A DNA stretch of 48,364 bases from an uncultured Clostridia bacterium (GTDB taxonomy: Bacteria > Bacillota > Clostridia > TANB77 > CAG-508), in contig CALXJP010000028.1 in the NCBI GenBank assembly GCA_944388655.1, positions 1 through 48,364 on the forward strand. Direction: 5' to 3'. Below are positions 28,795 through 38,700 of the stretch, one piece after another. The notes beneath the pieces were generated by a model that worked only from the letters and a program-made list of their open reading frames with translations, did not search any database and was not told where the DNA came from. The position numbers were made by a program, and so were the translations under genes. Positions within the stretch are counted from its first letter, which is position 1. Every line of letters begins with the position of its first letter.

Positions 28795-31296
28795 ATGTTT
28801 CAAAATATAGCAAGAGATTTTAATCAAGAAGAACAAAATGAATGGAAAGATGAAAGAAAAGAGCAAAGAAAACAAATAATCAATAAAGTATTTACGAAAA
28901 AGCAAATCATTTTATATATTGTAGCTTTTTTATTATCCATGGTTTCCTTAGGAACAAATGGAGAAATAGCCCCTTTAGGAATAGCACTATTAATAGCCAT
29001 ATTAAGTAATGGTATGCCGGTAGGCATTGTAAGTTTAGTAGTAATCATAGGCAGTTGTATATCCACTGGTATACAAGGAGCCTTAACAACTATGGGTATT
29101 TTATTCTTTGTATTAGCGTCAGTGTTAATAAAAGCACCAAAATATGCAGAGGTAAAAAATGAAAAAAGAAAGTTAGGCTTAAGATTATTTATTTCTTGTA
29201 TTGCTGTACAAGCTTTTTCTTTTCTGTTCGGGGAAATTTATGTATATGATATATTAGTAGCCATAGTATATAGTATTTCTGCATTTATATTTTATAAAAT
29301 ATTTGTCAATTCTATTTCAGTAGTTACAGAAATAGGAGAAAATAGAGCCTATTCTGTAGAAGAAGTTATGGGAGCAAGTTTACTTACGGCATTAGCAATT
29401 ACAGCAATAGGGGATGTCACTGTTTTTGGATTTGGTATAAAAAATATTTTATGCATATTAATTGTTATGATAATGGGATGGAAAAATGGCATATTAGTAG
29501 GTGCAACTTCTGGAATTACCATTGGAACAGTATTAGGTGTATTAGGAACTGGAGAACCTATTATGATAGCTTCTTACGCTTTATCAGGAATGATAGCAGG
29601 AATACTAAGTAAATTTGGAAAAATAGGTGTTATTTTAGGATTTTTTATAGGAAATGTTGTATTAACATATGTAGCAAATGGAAATACACATACCATTATC
29701 AGTGTACAGGAAATACTAATTGCCTCATTAGGCTTACTTGCTGTACCAAATAGTATAAAAATTCACATACAAGATATGCAACCTAATGTAAAATTACTTC
29801 CTCAAACAGTAGGAGGCAATTTAGAAAGTAATAAAGATACAATTTTCAAATTAAATAGCATGTCTGAAACTATATCGGAAATTGCTAAAACATATCAAGA
29901 AGCAGCAGCTACAATAGTAGATGAAAAAGAGTTAAAAAAGCAAGAACAAGAAAATAGGCAAGTATTTGAACAAGAATTGCAAAACCATTTAGATGGTATG
30001 GAGGAAAATTTATTATTTGATATTATGCAGGAAGAAAATATTGTAGAAGACATCTTTGCGTTTTTACTAGAAAATGAACGAATAGCTAAGCAAGACTTAT
30101 TGCAAATTTTAGCAGAGCATAATCAATATATTATAGGAATAGAAAATCATGCCATAGAAGAAGCTGTAGAAGACGATATTATGAAAATGGTAAGAGCTAT
30201 TAATGAATCTTATCGCATTAGTAAAGTCAACTTCATTTGGAAAAAAAGAATGGATGAAAGCAAAAAAGTAGTATCTAGCCAATTAGAAGTAGTATCACAA
30301 GCAATTGAAAATTTAGCAGATGAAATACAACAAAATCAAAAAGAGAAAAATCAAGAATATGAACTTTATAAAAAAGAAATACAAAAATTATGCGAACAAA
30401 AAGAAATACCAATAGAAGAAATAGCAATAGAAAAACAAAAAACAGGAAGAATGCAAGTAAAATTATTCACAAAAACATGTGAAGATGTGGATAATGCATG
30501 TATAGATATAAAAAAAGTTGGTAAAATACTATCAAAAATTTTACAAGAAGAAATGGTTTTGCAAAAGCAAGAATGTGGCATTCGTACGAATCAAAAACAA
30601 TGTGTATTTACCTTTTTATCACAAGATAAACAAACATTACAAATAGGCATAGCAAAAGCAACTAAAACAGATTCTACCATTTCAGGAGATACCAATACAC
30701 AAGTAAAATTAGATGATGGAAAATATTTAATAGCCTTAAGTGATGGAATGGGATCTGGAGAAGAAGCGAGAAAAACAAGTAAAATGGCAATTAGTATATT
30801 AGAAAAATTGCTATCTTCTGGTTTTGATAAAGATACTTCTTTAAAATTAATCAATAGTGCTATACAAAGTATATTTAGTAATGGAAACACAGAAATGTAT
30901 GCAACATTGGATATAGAAATTTTAGACTTATATGCCAAAAAATTAGAATTCATGAAAAATGGAGCATGTCCAACTTTTATTAAACATAATAAAGATGTAC
31001 AAATATTAAAATCTATTTCTTTACCAACAGGAATTCTAGAAAATATAGATTTAGTTGTATATGACAGAGCATTAGAAGATGAAGATATTATAGTAATATG
31101 TAGTGATGGTGTTCTAGAATCTAGTGAAGAATATACAAATAAAGAATTATGGCTAAAATTTTTATTAGAAGATATGGAAACACAAGATGTACAAAAAATA
31201 GCAGATTTAATATTACAAGAAGCCATAGACAATCATTATGGGGTAAAAAAAGACGATATGACAGTCATTGTGGCAAAAGTAAAAAATAGAATTTAA
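28795..31296 (+). CDS. spoIIE: stage II sporulation protein E (PP2C phosphatase)
   Basis: Polytopic N-terminal membrane region and a C-terminal PP2C domain (ALSDGMGSGEEARKTS, ICSDGVLES, DDMTVIVAKV). I prefer ATG 28795 (AGAGGTGG RBS 5 nt upstream) over GTG 28786. Confidence 0.9.
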   Translation: MFQNIARDFNQEEQNEWKDERKEQRKQIINKVFTKKQIILYIVAFLLSMVSLGTNGEIAPLGIALLIAILSNGMPVGIVSLVVIIGSCISTGIQGALTTMGILFFVLASVLIKAPKYAEVKNEKRKLGLRLFISCIAVQAFSFLFGEIYVYDILVAIVYSISAFIFYKIFVNSISVVTEIGENRAYSVEEVMGASLLTALAITAIGDVTVFGFGIKNILCILIVMIMGWKNGILVGATSGITIGTVLGVLGTGEPIMIASYALSGMIAGILSKFGKIGVILGFFIGNVVLTYVANGNTHTIISVQEILIASLGLLAVPNSIKIHIQDMQPNVKLLPQTVGGNLESNKDTIFKLNSMSETISEIAKTYQEAAATIVDEKELKKQEQENRQVFEQELQNHLDGMEENLLFDIMQEENIVEDIFAFLLENERIAKQDLLQILAEHNQYIIGIENHAIEEAVEDDIMKMVRAINESYRISKVNFIWKKRMDESKKVVSSQLEVVSQAIENLADEIQQNQKEKNQEYELYKKEIQKLCEQKEIPIEEIAIEKQKTGRMQVKLFTKTCEDVDNACIDIKKVGKILSKILQEEMVLQKQECGIRTNQKQCVFTFLSQDKQTLQIGIAKATKTDSTISGDTNTQVKLDDGKYLIALSDGMGSGEEARKTSKMAISILEKLLSSGFDKDTSLKLINSAIQSIFSNGNTEMYATLDIEILDLYAKKLEFMKNGACPTFIKHNKDVQILKSISLPTGILENIDLVVYDRALEDEDIIVICSDGVLESSEEYTNKELWLKFLLEDMETQDVQKIADLILQEAIDNHYGVKKDDMTVIVAKVKNRI

Positions 31297-31301
31297 GAAA
31301 C

Positions 31302-31330
31302 TTGTATTTTATAGGAAAATAGAGTATAAT
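31302..31330 (+). promoter_or_regulatory. sigma-A-like promoter candidate
   Basis: TTGTAT (31302-31307), 17 nt, TATAAT (31325-31330), upstream of the 31380 gene. Confidence 0.4.
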
Positions 31331-31379
31331 AGAAACAAGGTTACATAACAACTAGCACCTAATTAGGGAGGTAAAGCAA

Positions 31380-31739
31380 ATGAAAAAATACTTTAATGTA
31401 ATTGTTCGGCTGTATAATATATACGGAGAGGTATACTGTGTTTATGAAGGAATCATAATAACCTATGAAAATATGGTAGAAGGTTTTTTCAATGAATATT
31501 ATGTATCAGGTTATGTAAAGGAAAATACGTTACATATAAGGCTAAAAAATAACGAAACAGGAGCAGAACAATTAGAAAAGCTACCAGAATTTTTAGAGGT
31601 AACAGAAGATACTGGATATCTCTTTGTAGATGAAGAAAAGTTAGTACAAGTAGAAATTACAGAAGAAGTAAAAGATGCAACTATTATCAATTATATAAAT
31701 AAACAAATAAAAGTTGCAAAGAGAGCAGGGGAGATTTAA
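31380..31739 (+). CDS. hypothetical cytoplasmic protein (119 aa)
   Basis: RBS GGGAGG, its own promoter-like sequence and terminator, and no motif I recognise. It contains the only other in-frame CGG codon I noticed (31407-31409). Confidence 0.6.
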   Translation: MKKYFNVIVRLYNIYGEVYCVYEGIIITYENMVEGFFNEYYVSGYVKENTLHIRLKNNETGAEQLEKLPEFLEVTEDTGYLFVDEEKLVQVEITEEVKDATIINYINKQIKVAKRAGEI

Positions 31740-31756
31740 AAACTCCCCCCTTTTTT
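31728..31756 (+). terminator. intrinsic terminator
   Basis: GGGGAG (31728-31733), 9-nt loop, CTCCCC (31743-31748), then CCTTTTTT. It overlaps the stop codon. Confidence 0.8.
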
Positions 31757-31788
31757 ATGTAAAATTTATAGGGAAAGCCCTAATGTAA

Positions 31789-31817
31789 TTGACAATGTAG
31801 GTTATGTTTGATATAGT
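31789..31817 (+). promoter_or_regulatory. sigma-A-like promoter candidate for the WG-repeat/acpS/tatD gene string
   Basis: TTGACA (31789-31794), 17 nt, TATAGT (31812-31817). Confidence 0.5.
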
Positions 31818-31848
31818 ATAATAGGAAAAGTCGAAAGGAATGAATCTT

Positions 31849-33366
31849 ATGAGTAGAGGAAAAAGATATAATGAAGAAAAAAAACTAAACATGAAAAAAG
31901 TATGGGCAGTTATTATTGCCATTTTAGTCATTATTATGTTTTTTGTAGTTATAGGAAATTTACTTAGTGATCAAGGTACACAAGTAAAAGAAAAGACCTT
32001 TGCTACAGCGTATTATCCTGTTTTAGAAGAGGGAAAATGGGGAGTAATTGACACAAAAGAAAATGTAATAATAGAGCCACAATATGATGAAATGATAGTA
32101 GTACCTGATCGCACAAAACCACTATTTATAGTAATAGCAAATGTAGACTATCAAACAGGAACTTTTGACTCAAAAGCGATAGATAAAAATAATCAACCAG
32201 TATATACACAATATCAAAAAATAGAAGCCATATACAATCATGATGAAAATAACAATCTTTGGTATGAAGAAAATGTATTAAAAGTACAAAAAGAAGGAAA
32301 ATATGGGTTAATCAATTTAGAAGGGGAAGAATTGCTACCTTGTGAATATGATGACATACAACCAATAGAAGGCGTAAAAAAATCTTTGGTAACAACCAAA
32401 AATGGGAAAAAAGGACTAGTCGATAATACAGGAACGATTATAGCAGAAAATATATATCAAGAAATTACGGGATTAACTACACAATATGAAGATGGCTACA
32501 TTATAACAGCAGAAGATGGAAAAAAAGGTGTTATTAAATCAGATAAAACCATTGTATTAGAACCTAAATATGAAGAAATACAACCAGTTTATGGAAATCA
32601 ATGTTATGCCGTAAGAGAAAATGGAACCAATAAAATTGTCAATGAAAAGCAAGAAAGCTTTTTAGAAGGTAGATTCTCCCAAGTAAAAGAAATTAATGGA
32701 GAAAATATTACTTATCAAAATGATGGAAAATATGGTGTAATGACTCTACAAGGAGAGGAAAAAATAGCACCAACATATGATGACTTATCATTTGCTTTTT
32801 CAGAATATTATATAGCTAAAAATGGTGAAAATTATGGTGTAATTTCTTTAGCTAATGAAACAAAATTAGATTTTGTATATACCTATATTACCTATGAAAA
32901 GCAAGCAGACTTTATACAAGCACAAACTAAAAATTTAGAAACACAGTTATTAGATAGAAACTGGGAAGTAAAAGTAACAGGGGTAGTTTCAGAAATGAAT
33001 ACCAATAAAAATTACATTAAAGTAAGAGAAGGGGAAAACTACCAATATTATAACTTCAAATTAGAACCAAAAAGTAATACAGAAATCTTACAAGGAAATA
33101 CATTATTTTTAAGTAAAAAAGATGGAAAATATGGTTATGTAGATGAAGATGGACAAGTAATTGTAAATTATCTATATGATGATGCCACAGAACAAAATAA
33201 TTATGGCTATGTAAGTGTTAAAAAAGATGGAAAATGGGGAGCATTAAATCAAAAAGGAGAAGTTGTTGTAGAACCAACTTATACATTAGAAAATAATTTA
33301 ATGATAGACTTTATTGGAAAATGGCACTTAGCGGAAGACATCAACGCAAATTATTATACCAAATAA
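31849..33366 (+). CDS. membrane-anchored WG (KWG)-repeat protein
   Basis: N-terminal TM (VWAVIIAILVIIMFFVVIG) followed by at least 8 repeats of the type GKWGVIDTKENVIIEPQYDEM, GKYGLINLEGEELLPCEYDDI, GKYGYVDEDGQVIVNYLYDDA and GKWGALNQKGEVVVEPTY. I prefer ATG 31849 (AAAGGA RBS) over 31840. Confidence 0.8.
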   Translation: MSRGKRYNEEKKLNMKKVWAVIIAILVIIMFFVVIGNLLSDQGTQVKEKTFATAYYPVLEEGKWGVIDTKENVIIEPQYDEMIVVPDRTKPLFIVIANVDYQTGTFDSKAIDKNNQPVYTQYQKIEAIYNHDENNNLWYEENVLKVQKEGKYGLINLEGEELLPCEYDDIQPIEGVKKSLVTTKNGKKGLVDNTGTIIAENIYQEITGLTTQYEDGYIITAEDGKKGVIKSDKTIVLEPKYEEIQPVYGNQCYAVRENGTNKIVNEKQESFLEGRFSQVKEINGENITYQNDGKYGVMTLQGEEKIAPTYDDLSFAFSEYYIAKNGENYGVISLANETKLDFVYTYITYEKQADFIQAQTKNLETQLLDRNWEVKVTGVVSEMNTNKNYIKVREGENYQYYNFKLEPKSNTEILQGNTLFLSKKDGKYGYVDEDGQVIVNYLYDDATEQNNYGYVSVKKDGKWGALNQKGEVVVEPTYTLENNLMIDFIGKWHLAEDINANYYTK

Positions 33367-33380
33367 AAGAAGGAGATAAT

Positions 33381-34595
33381 ATGGAACGAAGGACAAAATA
33401 TCAATATACATATTTCATACACCCATTTATTATAGAAGAAAAAAAATATGAAGAATATATTACTAGGCTAATGAAAGATAAACATTGTCATCTAAAAATT
33501 TTTACGAAACAAAAAGACTTAGATATATACACATTTTTTATGCCAAAGGTAAGAAAATATTTATTTTGGTCTATTTCCTATGATCAAGAACAAATGCGAA
33601 CATTCCAAGACTTAGGAAAAACTTTGCAAATACGTATGTTAGCACAAAAACCATGTGTTATGTTTGACTACGATTTAGGAGATTTTACACAAGGAAAAGT
33701 AGGAGAAAAAGATGGCATTTTCTTTGATATACCTAAAATAGAAATTATCTGTTTTAAAACAGGGATTTGTTTTCTATTAATTAAAACCATTTTAAACGGT
33801 GCGAATATGTTAAGTGATGTAATTAATTTTAATTATAAATTTAGAGACATCAATGCAGATTATGCTAAACTACAAGAATATGAAAATATTAAAATTCAAA
33901 CAGAACGTTTTCAACATATGCAAGAATTTAAACAAATTATACAAGAAATAACAGGAAAAAATGATTGGATTGCAAAATTAAATTTGCAAAACGAGCGATT
34001 TTTAACTTATTCCTATGTATGCTTAGAACAAGAATATTGGAATGAGAAAAAGCCTTTTGCAGAATTAGAAAACGACTTTGCAAAACTCAAAAATGTATTA
34101 CCCTACAAGGCACAAATTAATCTTATAGAACAAGCAAAACAAGAAATTACTTTATCCACATTACAGTATGTAAAAATAGGGGTAACTAAGCAAGCTATTA
34201 CCTTATTAACTTCTAGTGTCAATACAGAAAATTACACCAAAATTCCTCATCGTTATGAACGTTCTTATCTATATACCTATATTTTAACTTTATATAAACA
34301 AGTACTTTTAGAAAAAATAAAATATGACTTTCAAACAAGGAATTTTGCAAAAACAGAAAAAGCATTTATAGAATTTACAGAATCTATTTGGAATGAAGAA
34401 GTAACTTGTGAAATAGACGGTACAGAATTTTATAAAGAAATTGTGAAAACATTAAAATTAGAAGATTTATATCAAGAAGTAAAAAATAGATATCAAATAG
34501 CAAATAAAAAATCTAACACAAGAAGAATACAAGATATATCGTATATTTTACTAGCTATTTTTCTTATCATTATCATACGAATTTTGTTTTTTTGA
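33381..34595 (+). CDS. hypothetical 404-aa protein with a single C-terminal TM helix (tail-anchored topology)
   Basis: ATG 33381 lies behind AAGGAG, and the upstream 20 codons of the track ORF overlap the WG gene. The C-terminus is ISYILLAIFLIIIIRILFF. No catalytic or nucleotide-binding motif recognised. Confidence 0.6.
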   Translation: MERRTKYQYTYFIHPFIIEEKKYEEYITRLMKDKHCHLKIFTKQKDLDIYTFFMPKVRKYLFWSISYDQEQMRTFQDLGKTLQIRMLAQKPCVMFDYDLGDFTQGKVGEKDGIFFDIPKIEIICFKTGICFLLIKTILNGANMLSDVINFNYKFRDINADYAKLQEYENIKIQTERFQHMQEFKQIIQEITGKNDWIAKLNLQNERFLTYSYVCLEQEYWNEKKPFAELENDFAKLKNVLPYKAQINLIEQAKQEITLSTLQYVKIGVTKQAITLLTSSVNTENYTKIPHRYERSYLYTYILTLYKQVLLEKIKYDFQTRNFAKTEKAFIEFTESIWNEEVTCEIDGTEFYKEIVKTLKLEDLYQEVKNRYQIANKKSNTRRIQDISYILLAIFLIIIIRILFF

Positions 34596-34604
34596 GAGGT
34601 AAAT

Positions 34605-34979
34605 ATGAAAATTAAATGTGGTACAGATATCATAGAAGTTGCAAGAATACAAGAATCAGTTGAAAATTTAGGAGAAAAATTTTTAAATCGTGTGTTTACC
34701 AATAATGAAATTAAGTATTGTATTTCTAAAAAAAATATGCAATACCAACATTTTGCTGCTCGCTTTGCAGCAAAAGAAGCCATATTTAAAGCTATATCAG
34801 ACTGTTTAACAAATAAATATGATATTACATGGAAAAATATAGAGATTGTAAATGATAAAAAAGGTAGACCATATGTGCATTTTATAGGATTAACATTTAA
34901 TGAAATACAAGATATAGACATTAGCTTATCGCATCTAAAGGAATATGCTATAGCCACTTGTAGTGTTATATTGAAATAG
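34605..34979 (+). CDS. acpS: holo-[acyl-carrier-protein] synthase
   Basis: GTDIIEVARI, FAARFAAKEAIFKA and ISLSHLKEYAIA are the canonical AcpS motifs in a 124-aa protein. Confidence 0.9.
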   Translation: MKIKCGTDIIEVARIQESVENLGEKFLNRVFTNNEIKYCISKKNMQYQHFAARFAAKEAIFKAISDCLTNKYDITWKNIEIVNDKKGRPYVHFIGLTFNEIQDIDISLSHLKEYAIATCSVILK

Positions 34980-34989
34980 GAGGAACAAG

Positions 34990-35775
34990 TTGGAATTTTT
35001 TGATACACATAGTCATTATAATGATGAAAAATTTGACACAGATAGAAACAAAATAATTGAAGAGACTTATCAAAATGGGATAACCAAATTTACCTGTTGT
35101 GGATATAATATAGAATCTTCACAAAAAGCATTTTTACTAGCTAAACAATATGAATATATATATGCTATATGTGGAATTTCCCCACAAGAAGCACCAAAAC
35201 AAATAGAAGAAATACCTTCTATGGTAAAACAAATCGAACAAATACTGAAAACAGATGAAAAGAAAAAAGTGGTAGCTGTTGGTGAAATAGGGTTAGACTA
35301 TTATTGGGGAAAAGAAAATCAAGAAATACAAAAAAAGTTGTGGAAAGAACAAATACAATTAGCAAATCAATTTAAGTTACCCATTGTCATTCATACAAGA
35401 GATGCTATAATGGATACTTTGCAAATACTAAAACACCAGGAAGTAATCCAAAAAGGAATTATACATTGTTGTAGTTTCAATAGAGAATTAGTAAAAGAAG
35501 CACTAAAATTAGGCTATTATATATCTTTTGCAGGCACAATTACTTTTAAAAATGCTAAAAATGCAGAAGAAATAGTCAATATGGTTCCTTTAGAAAAATT
35601 ATTAATAGAAACAGATAGTCCATATTTAGCACCAGAACCTAAAAGAGGAACGCGAAATAACTCTATGAATGTGAAGTATATAGCAGAAAAAATTGCTGTT
35701 TTTAGAAAAATGCAATTAGAAGAAATAGCAAACATTACTTATGAAAATGCAAAACGTATATTTCAAATCCAATAA
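34990..35775 (+). CDS. tatD: TatD family metal-dependent deoxyribonuclease/hydrolase
   Basis: FFDTHSHYN, AVGEIGLDYYW, PIVIHTRDA and ETDSPYLAPEPKRGTRN. TTG start behind AGGAGG. Confidence 0.88.
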   Translation: MEFFDTHSHYNDEKFDTDRNKIIEETYQNGITKFTCCGYNIESSQKAFLLAKQYEYIYAICGISPQEAPKQIEEIPSMVKQIEQILKTDEKKKVVAVGEIGLDYYWGKENQEIQKKLWKEQIQLANQFKLPIVIHTRDAIMDTLQILKHQEVIQKGIIHCCSFNRELVKEALKLGYYISFAGTITFKNAKNAEEIVNMVPLEKLLIETDSPYLAPEPKRGTRNNSMNVKYIAEKIAVFRKMQLEEIANITYENAKRIFQIQ

Positions 35776-35803
35776 AAAAACTTGGAATTTTCCAAGTTTT
35801 TTT
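35774..35803. terminator. bidirectional terminator between tatD and htpX
   Basis: A-run, CTTGGA (35781-35786), ATTT loop, TCCAAG (35791-35796), T-run. Confidence 0.85.
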
Positions 35804-35806
35804 GTT

Positions 35807-36727
35807 CTATCTTAAACTTTCTAATGCTGCAATTCTATCTTCAATAGAAGGGTGAGTAGAAAATAAATTTTTACTTCTTTTTATTGTTTTACCATTGCTA
35901 TCTACTGCATTTTTCTTAAAAGGGCAAACAATAAACATATTAGCAGTAGAACGATTAGCTGTTTTTAATTCATGCTCATCTGCATCTAATTTTCTTAAAG
36001 CAGAAATTAATCCATCTGGGTTTCTAGTAAAAGAAACAGAGGTAGCATCAGCCAAAAATTCTCTTCTTCGCGATAGAGCAAGTTGCATAAGTTTGGAAAA
36101 AATAGGAGAAAGAATTAAAAGAACAAGTCCAATTAAAAATAAAATAGCATTACCATTTCCATTATCATTATCACTATCTCTTCCACCTACACCCCAAAAT
36201 AAAGCACGAGTGGTAATATCAGCAACCATAACAATTAACCCAACCATTACAGAAACTACAGCGGAAAGAAGAATATCATAATTCTTAATGTGTGCAAGTT
36301 CATGACCAATAACACCTTCTAACTCATAGTAATCTAAAGTATCTAATAAGCCAGTAGTAAGGCAAATTACAGAATTTTTAGGATTTCTACCAGTAGCAAA
36401 AGCATTAGGTTGTGGGTCGTCAACAATATATAGTTTAGGAGTATATTCCATCCCTGAAGCAACAACTAAAGCATCTAAAATATTGACTATTTTTTGATTT
36501 TCTTCGTGGGTAGCAGGCCTAGCATGATTTAGTGAAAGCACAATTTTATCACTATAATAATAAGAACCCCAAGCAGAAAGAATAGAAAAAATAAGAGCAA
36601 TAACAATAGAAACACTTCCTAATTCAAACATCTGGCATATAAAATAAATCAAAACCGTAAGAAATACAATAAAACCAGAAACAATAAAAGCTGATTTCCA
36701 TTTATTTTTTTTAATATCTGTGTACAT
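35807..36727 (-). CDS. htpX: M48 family zinc metalloprotease HtpX
   Basis: HELAHIKNYD zinc motif, four TM segments and an internal GGRDSDNDNGNGN loop. It lies downstream of lemA, as is common. Confidence 0.88.
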   Translation of the reverse strand: MYTDIKKNKWKSAFIVSGFIVFLTVLIYFICQMFELGSVSIVIALIFSILSAWGSYYYSDKIVLSLNHARPATHEENQKIVNILDALVVASGMEYTPKLYIVDDPQPNAFATGRNPKNSVICLTTGLLDTLDYYELEGVIGHELAHIKNYDILLSAVVSVMVGLIVMVADITTRALFWGVGGRDSDNDNGNGNAILFLIGLVLLILSPIFSKLMQLALSRRREFLADATSVSFTRNPDGLISALRKLDADEHELKTANRSTANMFIVCPFKKNAVDSNGKTIKRSKNLFSTHPSIEDRIAALESLR

Positions 36728-36783
36728 ATATAACCTCCGAAAAAATAAAACACAAAGGAAGAAGTACTTTGTGTTTATACATA

Positions 36784-37338
36784 TTAATTATTAAAATTAA
36801 CCTTTACATTTTTCTTAACTTCTTCAGACTCTACATTAAATAAAGGTTCTTCTTTAAATTGGAACATAGAAGCAATTACATTAGAAGGAAACATTTGTAA
36901 TTTTTCATTATACATTGTTACACTATCGTTATAAAATTGCCTTGCATAGGAAATTTTGTTTTCTGTATTACGTAATTCTTCTTGTAATTCAGAAAAGTTT
37001 TGGTTTGCCTTTAATTCTGGATAGTTTTCTGAAACGGCCATAATAGTTTTCAAACTTTCAGATAAAGCGTTTTCTAATCCAGCTTTTTCAGTAACTGTTG
37101 TAGCATTAGCCCATGCAGTACGTAATTCAGCAATATTGGTTAAAACTTTTTCTTCATGTTTCATATAACCTTTTACCGTATCAACAAGATTAGGAATAAG
37201 GTCAAATCTTCTTTGTAGTTGTACATCTATTTGGCTCCATGCATTTTTAACTTTTAATCTGGCTTGCACTAAACTGTTATATATCCATATAACAACAATA
37301 ACTAGTACAGCAACAATGCCAAGAATAATCCAAGTCAT
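36784..37338 (-). CDS. lemA: LemA family protein
   Basis: N-terminal TM and [27 protein letters not shown]...[17 protein letters not shown]. Confidence 0.88.
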   Translation of the reverse strand: MTWIILGIVAVLVIVVIWIYNSLVQARLKVKNAWSQIDVQLQRRFDLIPNLVDTVKGYMKHEEKVLTNIAELRTAWANATTVTEKAGLENALSESLKTIMAVSENYPELKANQNFSELQEELRNTENKISYARQFYNDSVTMYNEKLQMFPSNVIASMFQFKEEPLFNVESEEVKKNVKVNFNN

Positions 37339-37569
37339 ATAAATCCTCCTTTTTTAAATTCATAATATATTTATATCATATTTTATGTGTATATACAATA
37401 GTTATACTGTGAAAATTTGGCGAAAAAAAATAAAAAAAATGGAAGAAGTGGAATAAAATGGGTACAAGCTACATATAATATTATATAAGAGGTGCAAAAG
37501 AGAAAAATAAAAATACAACAATTTTTGCAAATACTACAGCGAACTATGTTTCCAAAAATAATGCAAAAT

Positions 37570-37599
37570 TTGACAAAATTAGAAGATTCATGTTATAAT
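37570..37599 (+). promoter_or_regulatory. sigma-A promoter candidate with extended -10
   Basis: TTGACA (37570-37575), 18 nt, TGtTATAAT (37591-37599). Confidence 0.5.
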
Positions 37600-37632
37600 A
37601 AGATTGTTGTAAATTTAAGGAGGAAAATTTTT

Positions 37633-38643
37633 ATGAAAAAAGATGATAAAGCATCCATATCACTGATAAAAATTTTAGCAATTTGTTTAATTGTTATTAC
37701 TTTAACCAGTGTAAGTGTTATGGCAACAAGTAGTCAAATATCAAATGTAAAAATTATACTTTCAAATGATTATGAAATGACAGTGGTAACAGCCAATAAA
37801 ACAGTAGCAGATATCTTAGCAGAAAACAACATAAAACTTGCAGAAGATGAAGTAGTAACTCCTTCTTTAGAAGAAGAACTATCAGATAACAAAACCATTC
37901 ATATTTCTAAAGCAGATGAACAAGAAAACATTGTAGCAGAAAAAGAAGAGGTAATATCACAAGAAGAAATTCTACAGGGATATAATACAATTACAGAGAA
38001 AATTATTGTAGAACAAATTGTGATACCTTTTGAAACTATTACAAAAGAAGCATCAGGTTCTGCATCAAGTGGAACAAAACAAAATAAAGTAATTCAAAAT
38101 GGTGAAAATGGTTTAAAAGAAGTTACTTATAAAGTAAAATATCAAAATAATGAAGAAATAGAAAGAAATCAAATATCAGAAGTGATTGTAAAAGAACCAG
38201 TAGATAAAATAGTAGAAGTAAAAACAATTCAACTTACTTCAAGAAGTAGTGGTTCAAGAGTTACAAGCTATGGAAATGGCTCATGGAGTTATTCTGCATC
38301 TGATTTGGACTTAATATGTGCAATTACCGCTCAAGAAGCAAGCTCTAGTTATGAAGCAGCTTTAGCAGTTATTACTTGTGCATGTAACAGAGCAGCAAGT
38401 AGTAGATGGAGAAAATATGGTTCAGATCCATTAAGCCAATATAAGGCACCAAATCAATTCTGTTATACAATAGATAGTCATTGGAAAAAGAGATTAAATG
38501 GAAATTATCCATCTCATGTAAAACAAGCCGTACTAGATGCACTAAGTGGAAAAAGAAATCACAAATACTTATCATTTAGATCAGCAAGTACAGGAATTTC
38601 AGGAGTAAATATAGGCGGAAATGTATATTTTAACCCAATGTAA
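37633..38643 (+). CDS. DUF348-G5 domain protein with a C-terminal SleB/CwlJ-like (Hydrolase_2) cell-wall hydrolase domain
   Basis: ATG 37633 lies behind AAGGAGG, followed by a signal/anchor LIKILAICLIVITL. DUF348-like: VKIILSNDYEMTVVTANKTVADILAENNIKL. G5-like: KQNKVIQNGENGLKEVTYKVKYQNNEE. SleB-like: LICAITAQEASSSYEAALAVITCACNRA...APNQFC...NIGGNVYFN. Confidence 0.7.
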   Translation: MKKDDKASISLIKILAICLIVITLTSVSVMATSSQISNVKIILSNDYEMTVVTANKTVADILAENNIKLAEDEVVTPSLEEELSDNKTIHISKADEQENIVAEKEEVISQEEILQGYNTITEKIIVEQIVIPFETITKEASGSASSGTKQNKVIQNGENGLKEVTYKVKYQNNEEIERNQISEVIVKEPVDKIVEVKTIQLTSRSSGSRVTSYGNGSWSYSASDLDLICAITAQEASSSYEAALAVITCACNRAASSRWRKYGSDPLSQYKAPNQFCYTIDSHWKKRLNGNYPSHVKQAVLDALSGKRNHKYLSFRSASTGISGVNIGGNVYFNPM

Positions 38644-38654
38644 ATAAAAAAACG

Positions 38655-38678
38655 AGGCGAATGGAACATTCGCCTTTT
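38655..38678 (+). terminator. intrinsic terminator
   Basis: AGGCGAATG (38655-38663), GAA loop, CATTCGCCT (38667-38675), then TTT. Confidence 0.65.
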
Positions 38679-38700
38679 GTGGTATATAGGAGGAAATATA

